DNA from: Kiritimatiellia bacterium | Lineage (GTDB): Bacteria > Verrucomicrobiota > Kiritimatiellia > JAAZAB01 | Length of the DNA stretch: 64,000 bases | NCBI GenBank assembly: GCA_050944835.1 | Contig: JBMNRV010000011.1 | Coordinates: 6,657-70,656, forward strand | Direction of reading: 5' to 3' | Shown: positions 38,042 through 48,559 of the stretch, piece after piece | Layout of the letters: each line of letters begins with the position of its first letter | How positions within the stretch are numbered: position 1 is the stretch's first letter | The notes under the pieces: generated by a model | Told to the model about the DNA's origin: nothing | What the model saw: the letters and a program-made list of their open reading frames with translations, nothing else | The model's database searches: none | Position numbers and translations under genes: made by a program

Positions 38042-39118
38042 ATGAAAAAAAAGCCTTTGTTTGTGGTAAATGATGGCGATCGCCGGTTTTACGATAAAAA
38101 CATTGCCGGCTGGTTGCCGGACGAATTTATTGATGTCCATACACATGTAGGGCTGAAAAAATTTCAAAAACAGCATGCGGCGGGTAGGAGCCAGCGCACA
38201 GTTGCCTGGCCTTCCATGGTGGCGGCGGAAAATCCGGTGGAACATCTGATTGAAACGTATAAATTGATGTTTCCGGGTAAATCTGTGACGCCGATGATGT
38301 TTGCGTCGCTTACTAAGGAACACATGGATGCCGCTAATGACTATGTGGCGGATGCCGCCCGCCGATATGGTTTTCCGGCCTTGTTTTTCTCCGACCCGCG
38401 CCTTTCGGCCGCCGAATTGGAATCACGTGTGCGTAGCGGTGGGTTTCTGGGTATTAAATGCTATCTAACCATGGCGCCTGATTATTTGCCAACCGCCGAA
38501 ATACGTATTTTCGATTTTTTCCCGCATCATCATTTGGAAGTTATGAACCGGCATGGATGGATCGTCATGTTGCATATTCCGCGCAATGGCCGTCTGCGCG
38601 ATCCGGTGAATCTGGCGCAAATGCTGGACATTGAAGCGCGCTATCCGAAATTGCAGTTGATTGTCGCCCATGTTGGCCGTGCCTATTGTCCAGAGGATGT
38701 CGGCGATGCTTTTAAAATACTTGCCAAAACCCGTCGGATGAATTTTGATTTTTCGGCTAGCTCCAATGCCGCAGTCTTCCGGCAATTATTGGAGACGGTC
38801 GGGCCGAAACGCGTGCTGTTCGGCAGTGATCTGCCGATTCTGCGGATGCGCGCCCGGCGTGTCTGCGAAAAAGGGTTTTATGTCAATATCGTTCCCAAAG
38901 GACTATATGGCAATGTAGCGGTTGACCCGCATATGCGTGAAGTTGCCGGGGCGGAAGCGGAAAAGATAACTTTTTTCATGTATGAAGAACTGGCGGCATT
39001 CGGACGCGCCGCGCACGCCGTCGGCCTGCGTCCGGCTGATATCCGTGATGTCTTCCTCAACAATCCCCGGCGCATGCTGAAAAGAGCCGGATTCGTCAAT
39101 CGGGAGCGGGAGAAATAA
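38042..39118 (+). CDS. Amidohydrolase_2 family protein
   Basis: IDVHTH, GIK, MLH, AHVG, LFGSDLP. Confidence 0.88.
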   Translation: MKKKPLFVVNDGDRRFYDKNIAGWLPDEFIDVHTHVGLKKFQKQHAAGRSQRTVAWPSMVAAENPVEHLIETYKLMFPGKSVTPMMFASLTKEHMDAANDYVADAARRYGFPALFFSDPRLSAAELESRVRSGGFLGIKCYLTMAPDYLPTAEIRIFDFFPHHHLEVMNRHGWIVMLHIPRNGRLRDPVNLAQMLDIEARYPKLQLIVAHVGRAYCPEDVGDAFKILAKTRRMNFDFSASSNAAVFRQLLETVGPKRVLFGSDLPILRMRARRVCEKGFYVNIVPKGLYGNVAVDPHMREVAGAEAEKITFFMYEELAAFGRAAHAVGLRPADIRDVFLNNPRRMLKRAGFVNREREK

Positions 39119-39173
39119 ACCGCCAAGATTGCTAAGGGAAAATCGCCACAAATAGGCGTAAGAGGTTTTTATT

Positions 39174-40631
39174 TTGAAATCCGAGACATATCTGGGACTT
39201 GATTTGGGCGGCACCGGCGCCAAGGCGGCGGTTTTTGATCGTGCCGGGAAAATGCTGGGATTCGGCCGTGCCGCTTATACCCCTGATGTTCCCTCTGCCG
39301 GTTGGGCTGAGACACCGCTTGGTGCGATTCATGCTGCCGCACGGGAAGCGGTGCGCACAGCGGTGTGCACAGCCCCTGGCACGGTGCGTGCCATGGCGAT
39401 TTCGTCTCAGGGGCAGACGTTTGTGGCGTTGGATGAATCCGATCGCCCGTTGTATCCGGTAATTATGTGGTATGACAGTCGTGGCGTGGCGCAGGCGGAG
39501 CAGTTGTCCGCAAAGTTCGCTGCGCGAAATGTCGGCCCGGTAGGTATGTCAACGATTGCCACTGCATCCAAGATCGTTTGGCTTAAGGAAAGCCACCCAG
39601 AGCGGATGCGCCGCGCCCGCCGCTACTTGTTATTGCCGGATTATTTTGCATACCATCTTACTGGCCGGGCGGTCATGGACGAGAATACTGCCTGTTCTAC
39701 CGGGCTGTATCTCGAAAAGTTGGCAGATTTCAGCCTCCCGGCTTTGGAAATCTGCGGTATTGTCAGGGGACAATTGGCGGAAATTGCGTCGCCCGGCAGT
39801 GTCATTGGCCATCTTTTACCGGATCGCGCTGCGGATTGGGGTTTGACGCCAGAGACTTTGTTGGTCGTTGGCACCAACGACCAATATGCCGGCGCGCTTG
39901 GCGCCGGTAATTGCCGTCCCGGCATTGTTACAGTGTCTTTCGGCACCTGTCTGGCCTTGCTGACTTTGACGCACGATCAGAACGGGCGGCTGTCGTCGGG
40001 ATTGTTCGACGGCAAATTTCCCATACCAGGCTTGCGTTATCGGTTGGCTTTTGCCAAAACCGCTGGCGTGTTGTTGGATTGGTTCCGCCGTGAATTAGGC
40101 GGCAATTTGTCGTTTGACGAATTGAACGCTGCCGCGCAGGGAGTGCCGCCCGGCAGCCGCGGGCTGACGGTTTGCCCGCATTTTGACGGGCGGATTTCGC
40201 CGTCGCCGGATGCCGCTATGCACGGCGCTTTACTGCATCTGACGCTGCAACATACCAGGAGCGACATTTATCGGGCGTTGCTGGAATCTTTGGCTTTTTG
40301 CTTGCGTGAAAATTTGGAAATGTTGGAACGCTGCGATCTACCGGTGGAAATTGTGCGGGTGATCGGCGGTGGCGCCGGCAATGACTTTTGGATGCAAATG
40401 CAGGCTGACATCACAGGGCGCGATATCGAGAGGCCGGCATCGTCCGAAGCCGCCACGCTTGGCGCTGCTATGCTGGCTATGGCTGGCGCTGCCGGGGCGG
40501 GTGCCGATCTGGCGGAAATCAGCGCTGGTTGCTTCAGTATCGGCCGCATCTTCCACCCTATATCTGCCATAGCGCCTGCCTATGACGCAGCCTACAAGCG
40601 TTATCAGGCGGCCATGCGATATGAAGGATGA
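39174..40631 (+). CDS. FGGY family carbohydrate kinase (xylulokinase-like)
   Basis: GLDLGGT, WYDSR, GTNDQ, FGT, IGGGA. Confidence 0.92.
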   Translation: MKSETYLGLDLGGTGAKAAVFDRAGKMLGFGRAAYTPDVPSAGWAETPLGAIHAAAREAVRTAVCTAPGTVRAMAISSQGQTFVALDESDRPLYPVIMWYDSRGVAQAEQLSAKFAARNVGPVGMSTIATASKIVWLKESHPERMRRARRYLLLPDYFAYHLTGRAVMDENTACSTGLYLEKLADFSLPALEICGIVRGQLAEIASPGSVIGHLLPDRAADWGLTPETLLVVGTNDQYAGALGAGNCRPGIVTVSFGTCLALLTLTHDQNGRLSSGLFDGKFPIPGLRYRLAFAKTAGVLLDWFRRELGGNLSFDELNAAAQGVPPGSRGLTVCPHFDGRISPSPDAAMHGALLHLTLQHTRSDIYRALLESLAFCLRENLEMLERCDLPVEIVRVIGGGAGNDFWMQMQADITGRDIERPASSEAATLGAAMLAMAGAAGAGADLAEISAGCFSIGRIFHPISAIAPAYDAAYKRYQAAMRYEG

Positions 40632-40679
40632 TTGTGGTATTTAACACAATTACGCGAGATTAACAGCGCGCATGAAACC

Positions 40680-40791
40680 AGCCTGAAAGGGCGTGGTGAC
40701 ATATGAACATAACTATGTCACGCCCCGTTAGGGCTAATCCACCCAGAGGGCCAGTGGGATCACAATCCCCATTCTACGCCCTGTTGGGGCT
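40680..40791. repeat. REP/REPIN-like palindromes (same family as 32581-32876)
   Basis: AGCCTGAAAGGGCGTGGTGACATA..TATGTCACGCCCCGTTAGGGCT and GCCCTGTTGGGGCT. Confidence 0.7.
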
Positions 40792-40831
40792 AATATTAGG
40801 GGTAGTCATGGCGGCCGCCTGAGTGAACTAT

Positions 40832-41692
40832 TCAGCCGAACAGAAGTTTGAGCGAATCGTTGGCTGAAACCATCTTCCCGCTGGCGCCGTTTTCAAGGCG
40901 TCCATGCGCCCATTTGGATAGCCGATACAGTGTGGCGAAGATGAAAGGCGGCGGTTCGCCGCCTTGACCGCCTACCAGTTCTCCGCCACGCCGGACATTG
41001 TCTATCATCCATGCCGGCAAGCGCAGATGGTAGGGATTGCGTTTGACTTCGCCAGCGTGCTGTGCCAGCGCCGCCACCAAGTCGGCCGTATCGGCTACGC
41101 TGGTTTCGATCATCAAATTCGGATGTGGCATCGGCGCCCAGAATTCGGATTCGCATACCCAGCAACAGAAGTTTTTGCCGGTTTTGGCCAAGGCGTCGGT
41201 CATCAGGGCGTTGACGCCGATATGAGTGCTGTTGGCATCTCCGGCGTGCGGAAAGAAAACGATGTGTGGTTGTTGTCGGCGCAGTATATCGGTCATGATC
41301 AGCACGGCTTTATGCCAAGCGTCAGGGTTTTGCTGCCGCTGGTCCAGATTGATCTTTTCCAGTCCGCCGGGCGCAGGCAGCAGTGTTTCAAATCCGATGA
41401 AATCGCAAGCCTGCTGTAATTCCTGCCAACGCTCCTGGCGGCGGTCCTTGCGGCTTCCGAGCGTTACGGCAACATTCACCACACGCATTTTTAATTCCCG
41501 TAAAAGCCGTAGCGGAAGCGCGCCGGTAATGCATTCATCGTCAGGATGTGGAGCAAAGACCAATACCGTCGGCGCGCCGTCCGGCGGCGATTGGCGTCCG
41601 GCTGATGGTGTCGGGCGCGGAGCGCGGGGTGACACTCCTGCGTTCAACAGCCGAGCCTGTTCGGCCACAAATTTATGATAAGCATGCTGCAT
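40832..41692 (-). CDS. PIG-L/LmbE family deacetylase
   Basis: APHPDDE, RRQE, HAGDANSTH. Confidence 0.88.
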   Translation of the reverse strand: MQHAYHKFVAEQARLLNAGVSPRAPRPTPSAGRQSPPDGAPTVLVFAPHPDDECITGALPLRLLRELKMRVVNVAVTLGSRKDRRQERWQELQQACDFIGFETLLPAPGGLEKINLDQRQQNPDAWHKAVLIMTDILRRQQPHIVFFPHAGDANSTHIGVNALMTDALAKTGKNFCCWVCESEFWAPMPHPNLMIETSVADTADLVAALAQHAGEVKRNPYHLRLPAWMIDNVRRGGELVGGQGGEPPPFIFATLYRLSKWAHGRLENGASGKMVSANDSLKLLFG

Positions 41693-41888
41693 ATTGACAT
41701 CCTCCACGCAAAAATGAAATGCAAAAAATCAGTTCCATTAAATCAATTTAAAGCTACTGTTGCAAATAAAAATGCAAACTGTATCATAGGCGCTGGCTTT
41801 GGTCAGGTTCTGCGGACCGTCTGTTGGCCCGGAGGCAGATCGTTTTGCGGAATAGCAAGCAATTTTGAAAGAGATTCGGGAGTGAACC

Positions 41889-43643
41889 ATGCATGACGGG
41901 TTAAAGCAATTTCTGGCGACGCGCGATTTTTTGCTGCACGCCGAATCGTACGAGGAAATGCGTCGCGACTTCCGCTGGCCTGATCCAGTTCAATTCAACT
42001 GGGCCTTGGATTATTTTGACTGGCACGCCCTCGACAATCAGGCGCCGGCCTTGTTGATTGAGGACGAATCCGGCGCGGAAAATGTCTATAGCTTTGATGA
42101 GTTGCGGCGGCGATCAAACGCCATGGCGAATTTTCTCAAGGAGCGTGGCGTCGCCAAGAATGATTGTTTGCTGCTGATGATGAATAATTCGTTGGAATTG
42201 TTTGTCATATTGTTGGCGGCTATGAAAGTCGGGGCGGTGGTTTCCCCAGCTTCTGTGCAATTGACGGCGTCTGACATTCGCGACCGCATGTCGCGCTCTA
42301 AAGTCCGGGCCGTGGTGGCGGATGCCGCCTTGCTGAATGAAACTGGAGAATTGGCCGATGTTTTACGGGGCGCTCCAGTTCGGTTTATTAACGGCGATGA
42401 CCGGTCGGGTTGGATATCGCTGCGGCAAGCTGAAAGCCGTTCCGACCGGTTTGTAAATCCTTTGCCGACTTTTTCCACAGACCCCTGCCTTTTATATTTC
42501 ACTTCCGGCGCGACGGCGCACCCCAAGATGGTGCTGCATTCGCATGTCAGCTATCCGGTCGGGCATCTGATCACTATGGCTTGGATCGGTGTGCGTCCCG
42601 GTGATATGCATTACAATATCAGCGCGCCGGGCTGGGGTAAACATGCTTGGAGCTCGTTTTTTGCCCCGTGGAATGCCGGCGCTACGGTTTGCCTATGGCA
42701 ATATAACCGGTTTGACGCCCGGCGGACGCTGGAATTCATTGAGCGCCGTAAAATTACTACGCTTTGCGCGCCGCCGTCAGTCTGGCGGCGTTTCCTGCAG
42801 GAAGATATGTCCGCACACCATTTCAGCCTGCGGGAAATTGTCAGCGCCGGAGAGCCGCTCAACCCGGCCATCACCAAGCGCGTACGTCAATACACTGGTG
42901 TTACAATACGCGAGGGATACGGCCAGACGGAAACCGTTCTGCAGATCGGCGCTTTTCCAAACATGCCGCCGCGCATCGGCACGATGGGACTGGCGGCGCC
43001 GGGATTCGATGTCGCTGTGGTCGGTCAGGACTTGCTGCCCGCTCCACCGGGAATCGAGGGGCAGATCGCTCTGCGAGTTTCCGCCACGCGCCCGCTGGGA
43101 TTGATGAAGGGATACCGATGTGCGCGTGAGCGCGAAGATGAAGTTTTTGTCGGCGGGTGGTATTTGACGGGTGATATGGCCGTGCGTGATGCGGATGGCT
43201 ATTTCAGTTTTGTTGGGCGCAATGACGATATTTTCAAGTGTTCGGACTATCGCATAAGTCCGTTTGAAGTAGAAAGCGTTCTGTTGGAACACCCAGCCGT
43301 AATTGAAGCGGCGGTGGTGGCCAGCCGCGACGATGTGCGCAACGGATTTGTGCCTAAGGCTTTTCTGGCGCTGCGTCCCGGCTGTGACTCCACGGCGGAG
43401 ATGGCGCTGGATATTTTCCGGTTTTGTCGTCGGCGTATGGCGCTTTATAAGCGCCCGCGCCGCTTGCAATTCATGCCGGAGTTAGTGAAAACCACGAGCG
43501 GTAAATTGCGCCGAGTGGAATTGAGGGAACAAGACGACCGCTTGCGACAGCACAATCAGCGCGGCTACCTTGAATTCATGGAGAGCGATTTTGCCGGTGA
43601 TTTGCGTGCCAACCCTCCACAGGGGGGAGATTCCTCCTTGTGA
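41889..43643 (+). CDS. Acyl-CoA synthetase (AMP-binding)
   Basis: YFTSGATAHPK, GYGQTE, TGD, GR.DD.FK, KTTSGK. Confidence 0.92.
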   Translation: MHDGLKQFLATRDFLLHAESYEEMRRDFRWPDPVQFNWALDYFDWHALDNQAPALLIEDESGAENVYSFDELRRRSNAMANFLKERGVAKNDCLLLMMNNSLELFVILLAAMKVGAVVSPASVQLTASDIRDRMSRSKVRAVVADAALLNETGELADVLRGAPVRFINGDDRSGWISLRQAESRSDRFVNPLPTFSTDPCLLYFTSGATAHPKMVLHSHVSYPVGHLITMAWIGVRPGDMHYNISAPGWGKHAWSSFFAPWNAGATVCLWQYNRFDARRTLEFIERRKITTLCAPPSVWRRFLQEDMSAHHFSLREIVSAGEPLNPAITKRVRQYTGVTIREGYGQTETVLQIGAFPNMPPRIGTMGLAAPGFDVAVVGQDLLPAPPGIEGQIALRVSATRPLGLMKGYRCAREREDEVFVGGWYLTGDMAVRDADGYFSFVGRNDDIFKCSDYRISPFEVESVLLEHPAVIEAAVVASRDDVRNGFVPKAFLALRPGCDSTAEMALDIFRFCRRRMALYKRPRRLQFMPELVKTTSGKLRRVELREQDDRLRQHNQRGYLEFMESDFAGDLRANPPQGGDSSL

Positions 43644-44617
43644 ATTTATCTTGTCAACTGTATCCGCTGCGATTGCAGCCGGCCTACCAACGTTATATTT
43701 GGGGTGGCGATCGTATCCCCAAATTATTTCGCCGGAATCTGCCGCCGGGAATTTACGCCGAGTCTTGGGAGGTATCAGACCGGGCTGAAGCGCCGAGCGT
43801 TGTGGCGGACGGACCGCTGCGAGGATGCTCACTGACGGATCTGATGCGTGCCCGCGGGGCGGAAGTGCTCGGGGCCGCTCAGACATCCGGGCGTTGTCCC
43901 TGGCTGATTAAATTGATAGACGCCTGCCGGCGTTTAAGTGTTCAGGTTCACCCGGATAGTCAAGCCGCCGCGATACATGGCGGTGAACCCAAAACCGAAG
44001 CGTGGTATGTATTGGAGGTTGATGAGAAGGCCGCGATATACGCCGGATTCAAGCCGGGAGTCAATGCCGCGGTTTTGCAGCGGGCTCTGGCGGATAACGC
44101 AGTGGAAAAATTACTGGAAAAAACAACTTTGGCCGCCGGAGATTTGATTTATGTGCCGGGCGGTTTAGTCCATGCCATCGGCGCCGGTTGTCTGTTGCTG
44201 GAGGTGCAGCAAAATTCCAATACCACTTATCGGGTGTATGATTGGGGGCGGGTAGGGGCGGATGGCCAGCCCAGGGAGTTGCATGTTGAACAAGCATTGC
44301 ACTCCATAAAATGGGAGGCGCGTCCGGAAATTATCCGCACGACAGCGGGATCGGAGGGAGTTTGGCAAATTCTGCTGCGTGCGCCGTTTTTTGAGATTGA
44401 TCGGCTGAGCCTGTCAGCGCCCGGCGCGTCAGCCGACTTGCCGGCATCGGAGCGCTGCCAAGCATTGTTTGTCGTATCCGGCGCGGTGCGATTAACGGCC
44501 CCGAGTGGCTGGAAATCTGTTTTGTCGGTTGGCAGTTCGGTTCTTATTCCTGCCGTCATTTGCGGCTGCCGTTTGGAGACGGCCGGTGGATCGGCTGTAG
44601 TCGTCAGGGTAGGATAG
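43640..44617 (+). CDS. manA: Type I mannose-6-phosphate isomerase
   Basis: IWGG, ESWE, LSVQVHPD, KTEAW, VHAIG, EVQQNSNTTYRVYDW. Confidence 0.9.
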   Translation: MNLSCQLYPLRLQPAYQRYIWGGDRIPKLFRRNLPPGIYAESWEVSDRAEAPSVVADGPLRGCSLTDLMRARGAEVLGAAQTSGRCPWLIKLIDACRRLSVQVHPDSQAAAIHGGEPKTEAWYVLEVDEKAAIYAGFKPGVNAAVLQRALADNAVEKLLEKTTLAAGDLIYVPGGLVHAIGAGCLLLEVQQNSNTTYRVYDWGRVGADGQPRELHVEQALHSIKWEARPEIIRTTAGSEGVWQILLRAPFFEIDRLSLSAPGASADLPASERCQALFVVSGAVRLTAPSGWKSVLSVGSSVLIPAVICGCRLETAGGSAVVVRVG

Positions 44618-44769
44618 CTACCGCTGCTGAGAATGTATGGCACGGCATGATAACCCTGCGCCCGCCTGCATTACCGCGCAGAGCGCTCCCTTTCATAACT
44701 GCCAAGCTATGAACTATGTTATGCCCCTTTGGGGCTAATGTCCGCAACAGATGAGATATAGTAACGTTT

Positions 44770-46149
44770 ATGAGTCGGCAGCCACAAGAAGAATCCGCAC
44801 TCGTCAAGTTTAGCGTCAAGCAGACCTTGTTTCGCATGGCGTTCCCGATGTTGGCGGGAACGTTTGCCATGAATGCTTACCACTTTACTGACACGTGGTT
44901 TGTCTCGCGTCTGGGCACAAATCCGCTGGCTGCGATGGGATTTAGTTTCCCGGTGATCATGCTCCTTCGTTGCGTTGCCGGTGGGATTGGGAATGGGGTG
45001 TCAACACTGGCTGCACACGCCCTCGGACGGCAGGCACATGCCGATGCCGCGCGTATTGTCACTCATGGCATAGCCTTGATGTTGATGGTTGCGGGAATGA
45101 TAGCCATTGGGGGATACTGCAGTATTGATGCTATTTTCAGCCGTCTGGGAGCGGATGAGCAAATCATGCCGTTGGTGACTGGATACATGCGCACCTGGTA
45201 TCTGGGCGCCGCCTTTATGGCTTTGCCGATGCTGGGCAACGGGTTGCTGATCGCCTCCGGCGATTCTCGCCGGGCAGCCCGGCTGATGTTGCTAGGGCCT
45301 ATTTTAAACACCATCTTTGACCCGATTTTGATTTTCGGTTTTTGGGTGGTGCCGGCTATGGGGATACGGGGCGCAGCCTTGGCGACGGTGTTGGCGCAGG
45401 CCGTAACGACGGTGTGTCTTTGCCACCTGCTATTGGTGAAATATCGGTTGCTTACGTGGAAACGTTGGCCGGTACGCGATTGGCTGAATTCATTACGCAG
45501 AATTATGGCCTTTAGTATTCCCAATATACTGAGCATGATGCTAATGCCGATTGCCGCCACCGTAATCACAAGACTGCTGGGCGGTTTCGGCAATGAAGCC
45601 GTGGCTGGCAGCAGCGCGGCCGGCCGTCTGGAATCGTTTGCGTTTATTATTCCCATGGCGCTTGGAATTTCATTGACGCCGTTTGTCAGCCAGAATTACG
45701 GCGCCGGACGCTTAGATCGTATCCATGAGGCGCTGCGTCTCAGTCTGGGGTTTGCGCTGATCTATGGCGCAGCAGTGACGGTGTTGTTTTTTATATTCGC
45801 TCCTTGGCTGGCGCTGATTTTCAGCCGTGATCCCCGTGTGGTTGAGGTGATGGTGTCGTATATTCGTATTGTGGGCTTCGGATATGGGATGATGGAGTCT
45901 CATCGTTATTGCAGCTTTTTCCTGACTGGAGTGCATCGTCCCGGTGTGGCGGCATTGCTTAATGCCGTGCGAGTGTTGATTCTGCTGATTCCCATGGTGT
46001 GTCTTGGCGCACGATTAGGCGGTGTGTCGGGCGTTTTCTGGGGGCGCCTGACGTCTGATTTGACTGCGGGCTTTATCGGCATTTGTTGGGTACGGTGGAT
46101 CTTAAGCCGCCTGAAGATGTCCACAACGGATGCCGAGCGGGTGTCGTAA
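44770..46149 (+). CDS. MATE family efflux transporter
   Basis: About 12 TM; DTWFVSRLG..LAAMG, DPILIFG, GIRGAALAT, QNYGAG. Confidence 0.92.
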   Translation: MSRQPQEESALVKFSVKQTLFRMAFPMLAGTFAMNAYHFTDTWFVSRLGTNPLAAMGFSFPVIMLLRCVAGGIGNGVSTLAAHALGRQAHADAARIVTHGIALMLMVAGMIAIGGYCSIDAIFSRLGADEQIMPLVTGYMRTWYLGAAFMALPMLGNGLLIASGDSRRAARLMLLGPILNTIFDPILIFGFWVVPAMGIRGAALATVLAQAVTTVCLCHLLLVKYRLLTWKRWPVRDWLNSLRRIMAFSIPNILSMMLMPIAATVITRLLGGFGNEAVAGSSAAGRLESFAFIIPMALGISLTPFVSQNYGAGRLDRIHEALRLSLGFALIYGAAVTVLFFIFAPWLALIFSRDPRVVEVMVSYIRIVGFGYGMMESHRYCSFFLTGVHRPGVAALLNAVRVLILLIPMVCLGARLGGVSGVFWGRLTSDLTAGFIGICWVRWILSRLKMSTTDAERVS

Positions 46150-46242
46150 TGCCGTCGTGGGAGGCGTATGTATCGCGATTTGCCGCCCGCCGGAGCGGGT
46201 AAAATTCTGGAGCTTTTCCAACGCTGTGATATAATCCACGGC

Positions 46243-47679
46243 ATGTCAAAATTGTTTATATATGTGCGCCGGCTGGCAGGGTTATGTCTGTTGGTTGCCA
46301 CTTCCGCTGTCGCCGCGCCGGAACTGGATTGGGGGCCATTGTTGGCGCGGGATACGGCCTTAGACGGTGAAATCCGGTGGCGTGCATTGGGGCCGCTGTT
46401 CGAATACCGGGCTGGGACAAACGGTTGCCACTTGATGGCATTCAGGCCATTGTATAGCCGCGAACATGATTTTGCCGAGCGTAAGCTAGTCCAGGATGTG
46501 CTCTGGCCGGTTTGGTTTGGGAAAACATGGGATGATTCGGCTAACCAATGGCGTTTTCTAGTGGCGGTTTCGTGGCGGGATGATGACGTCAATGATCCAC
46601 GTGCGCGCTATTCGTTTCAGGTAGTCCCTTTTTATTTCCAAGGGAGGAATGACGCGGGTCAACCTTACTGGGCGCTCTTTCCTCTGGGTGGCACAATCCG
46701 CGATTTCCTGTTTTACGACGAAGTAAGTTTCTGGCTGTTCCCATTGTTCGGCCGTACACATGTGGGCGATTTGCCGGGATGGTTTTGCCTCTGGCCGGTG
46801 ATTGTTCGTAATCATAATGCGAAAGTTGATCGGTTCCGGGTCTTCCCTTTTTATGGGTATTCCCGGCGCGGTGATGATTTCGAAAAGTATTTTGTTCTTT
46901 GGCCGATTTGGAATTACGCCCGCTATGGCTATACTGGGGCATCCGGCACGGGATACATACTGTTCCCGTTTTTTGGACATGTTGCGCTGGAGGATCAGAC
47001 GTCCTGGATGTTTCTGCCGCCGTTTTTCCGGTTTTCACGCGGAGCGAAGCTGAATCAAACATATGCGCCTTGGCCCTTTATTCAAGTCAGCCACGGGATG
47101 GCGGAGCAAGCATATTTCTGGCCGCTATGGGGGCGCAAAACATCTCCGGGCTATGCGCGTGAATTCCTGGTTTGGCCGGTCTGTATGCGGACCAGACAGT
47201 TTTCACAATATAACGATCGGGAGCGGAGATGGGTGTTGCCATTCGTTTATTTTACCGATGAAGATCAAAAAATGCCGGCGCCTGGCATTAAGTGCCGAGG
47301 TCGTAAAATCTGGCCGTTGTTCACGTGGCAAGAAGAAGACAGCCACAGCCTGCTGCGGGCGCCGACGTTGTTTCCGTTCAGGGATCGAGCGCACATAGAC
47401 CGTAACTACGCGCCGTTCTGGACACTCTATCAACGTGAAGCCACTCCGGAAGCTATGGAGCAGGAAGCGCTCTGGGGTGTATTCCGCTATCGGCGGGATG
47501 CGGATGGCCGACGCCGCTGCGGATTGTTTCCGCTGGCGCGATATGACGTGCATCCGTCGGAAAATGCGTTGGAATGGTCGTTGTTGTGGGGCGCTGTTGG
47601 ATATCGCAGTGCTGCCGGGCGACGGGAATTGCGTTTGTTGTATTTTTTTAAGCTACCGTTGGCAGCCGCCGCGCAATGA
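46243..47679 (+). CDS. Hypothetical exported aromatic-rich protein with [WF]P[LF][FW] repeats, upstream of mlaEFD
   Basis: Signal peptide; many short W/F/P repeats; no recognised catalytic motif. Confidence 0.7.
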   Translation: MSKLFIYVRRLAGLCLLVATSAVAAPELDWGPLLARDTALDGEIRWRALGPLFEYRAGTNGCHLMAFRPLYSREHDFAERKLVQDVLWPVWFGKTWDDSANQWRFLVAVSWRDDDVNDPRARYSFQVVPFYFQGRNDAGQPYWALFPLGGTIRDFLFYDEVSFWLFPLFGRTHVGDLPGWFCLWPVIVRNHNAKVDRFRVFPFYGYSRRGDDFEKYFVLWPIWNYARYGYTGASGTGYILFPFFGHVALEDQTSWMFLPPFFRFSRGAKLNQTYAPWPFIQVSHGMAEQAYFWPLWGRKTSPGYAREFLVWPVCMRTRQFSQYNDRERRWVLPFVYFTDEDQKMPAPGIKCRGRKIWPLFTWQEEDSHSLLRAPTLFPFRDRAHIDRNYAPFWTLYQREATPEAMEQEALWGVFRYRRDADGRRRCGLFPLARYDVHPSENALEWSLLWGAVGYRSAAGRRELRLLYFFKLPLAAAAQ

Positions 47680-47746
47680 CGTCTGCCGGTGTGTCGCCGA
47701 CGTAATTTTGTTTGCGGTGAGTTCAGAAAGCTGGTTTAATCTTGTC

Positions 47747-48559
47747 ATGATAACACGTGAACCGGAATTTTATCCGCCTCCTATCAATTGGTTCGGCCGC
47801 TTTGGACGTCAGATTTGGATTTCCTGCCGAAACGCCGGCCGGGCGCTGCTGATGTTATGGGAGGCGTTGTTAGATTTGCGTTTCATGTTTGGCGCGCGCG
47901 CCTGGCCGGAAGTGGTGTATCAGCTCTACGTCACCGGCATTAAAAGTATCGGTGTAATTTCGATTGTGGCGATGTTCACCGGCATGATCCTGGCGTTGCA
48001 GACGGGATTGGAGTTGCGCAGGTTCGGACAGGAAGTTAATATCGGCACCGCGGTAATGGTGTCGCTGTTGCGTGAAATGGGTCCGTTTATGACCGCTTTG
48101 ATCCTGGCCGCCAGTGTGGGCTCGGCTATGGCGGCGGAGTTGGGGACGATGGTGGTTTCTGAGGAAATCGCCGCTCTGGAAGTCATGTCCATCCCGCCTG
48201 TGCGCTTCTTGGTGATGCCGCGTCTGGCGGCGATGATGATTATGACGCCGCTGATGACTTTTTATGCCTGTATGCTGGGCGTTGTTGGCGGGGCGATTGT
48301 TGGGGTGACGCAATTGGGAGTGGCGTTGCCAGCCTACATGGATAATGCCACTCGTTTTGCGGAAAATAAGGATTTGTATGTCGGTTTGCTGAAGTCCTTT
48401 ATTTTCGGCATTATGATTACAACCATTTCCTGCCATCAAGGGTTTTCCACCACTCAAGGCGCGGTAGGGGTAGGGCGAGCCACCCGGCGCAGTGTAATTA
48501 TTTCCTTTTTGGCTATTTTGATTGTCGGTTACATCATTACCCGTTTGTTTTACTTATGA
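47747..48559 (+). CDS. mlaE: MlaE family ABC permease
   Basis: REMGP, GSAMAAELGTM..SEEI.ALE, P.RFLV.PR, GAVGVG.AT. Confidence 0.9.
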   Translation: MITREPEFYPPPINWFGRFGRQIWISCRNAGRALLMLWEALLDLRFMFGARAWPEVVYQLYVTGIKSIGVISIVAMFTGMILALQTGLELRRFGQEVNIGTAVMVSLLREMGPFMTALILAASVGSAMAAELGTMVVSEEIAALEVMSIPPVRFLVMPRLAAMMIMTPLMTFYACMLGVVGGAIVGVTQLGVALPAYMDNATRFAENKDLYVGLLKSFIFGIMITTISCHQGFSTTQGAVGVGRATRRSVIISFLAILIVGYIITRLFYL

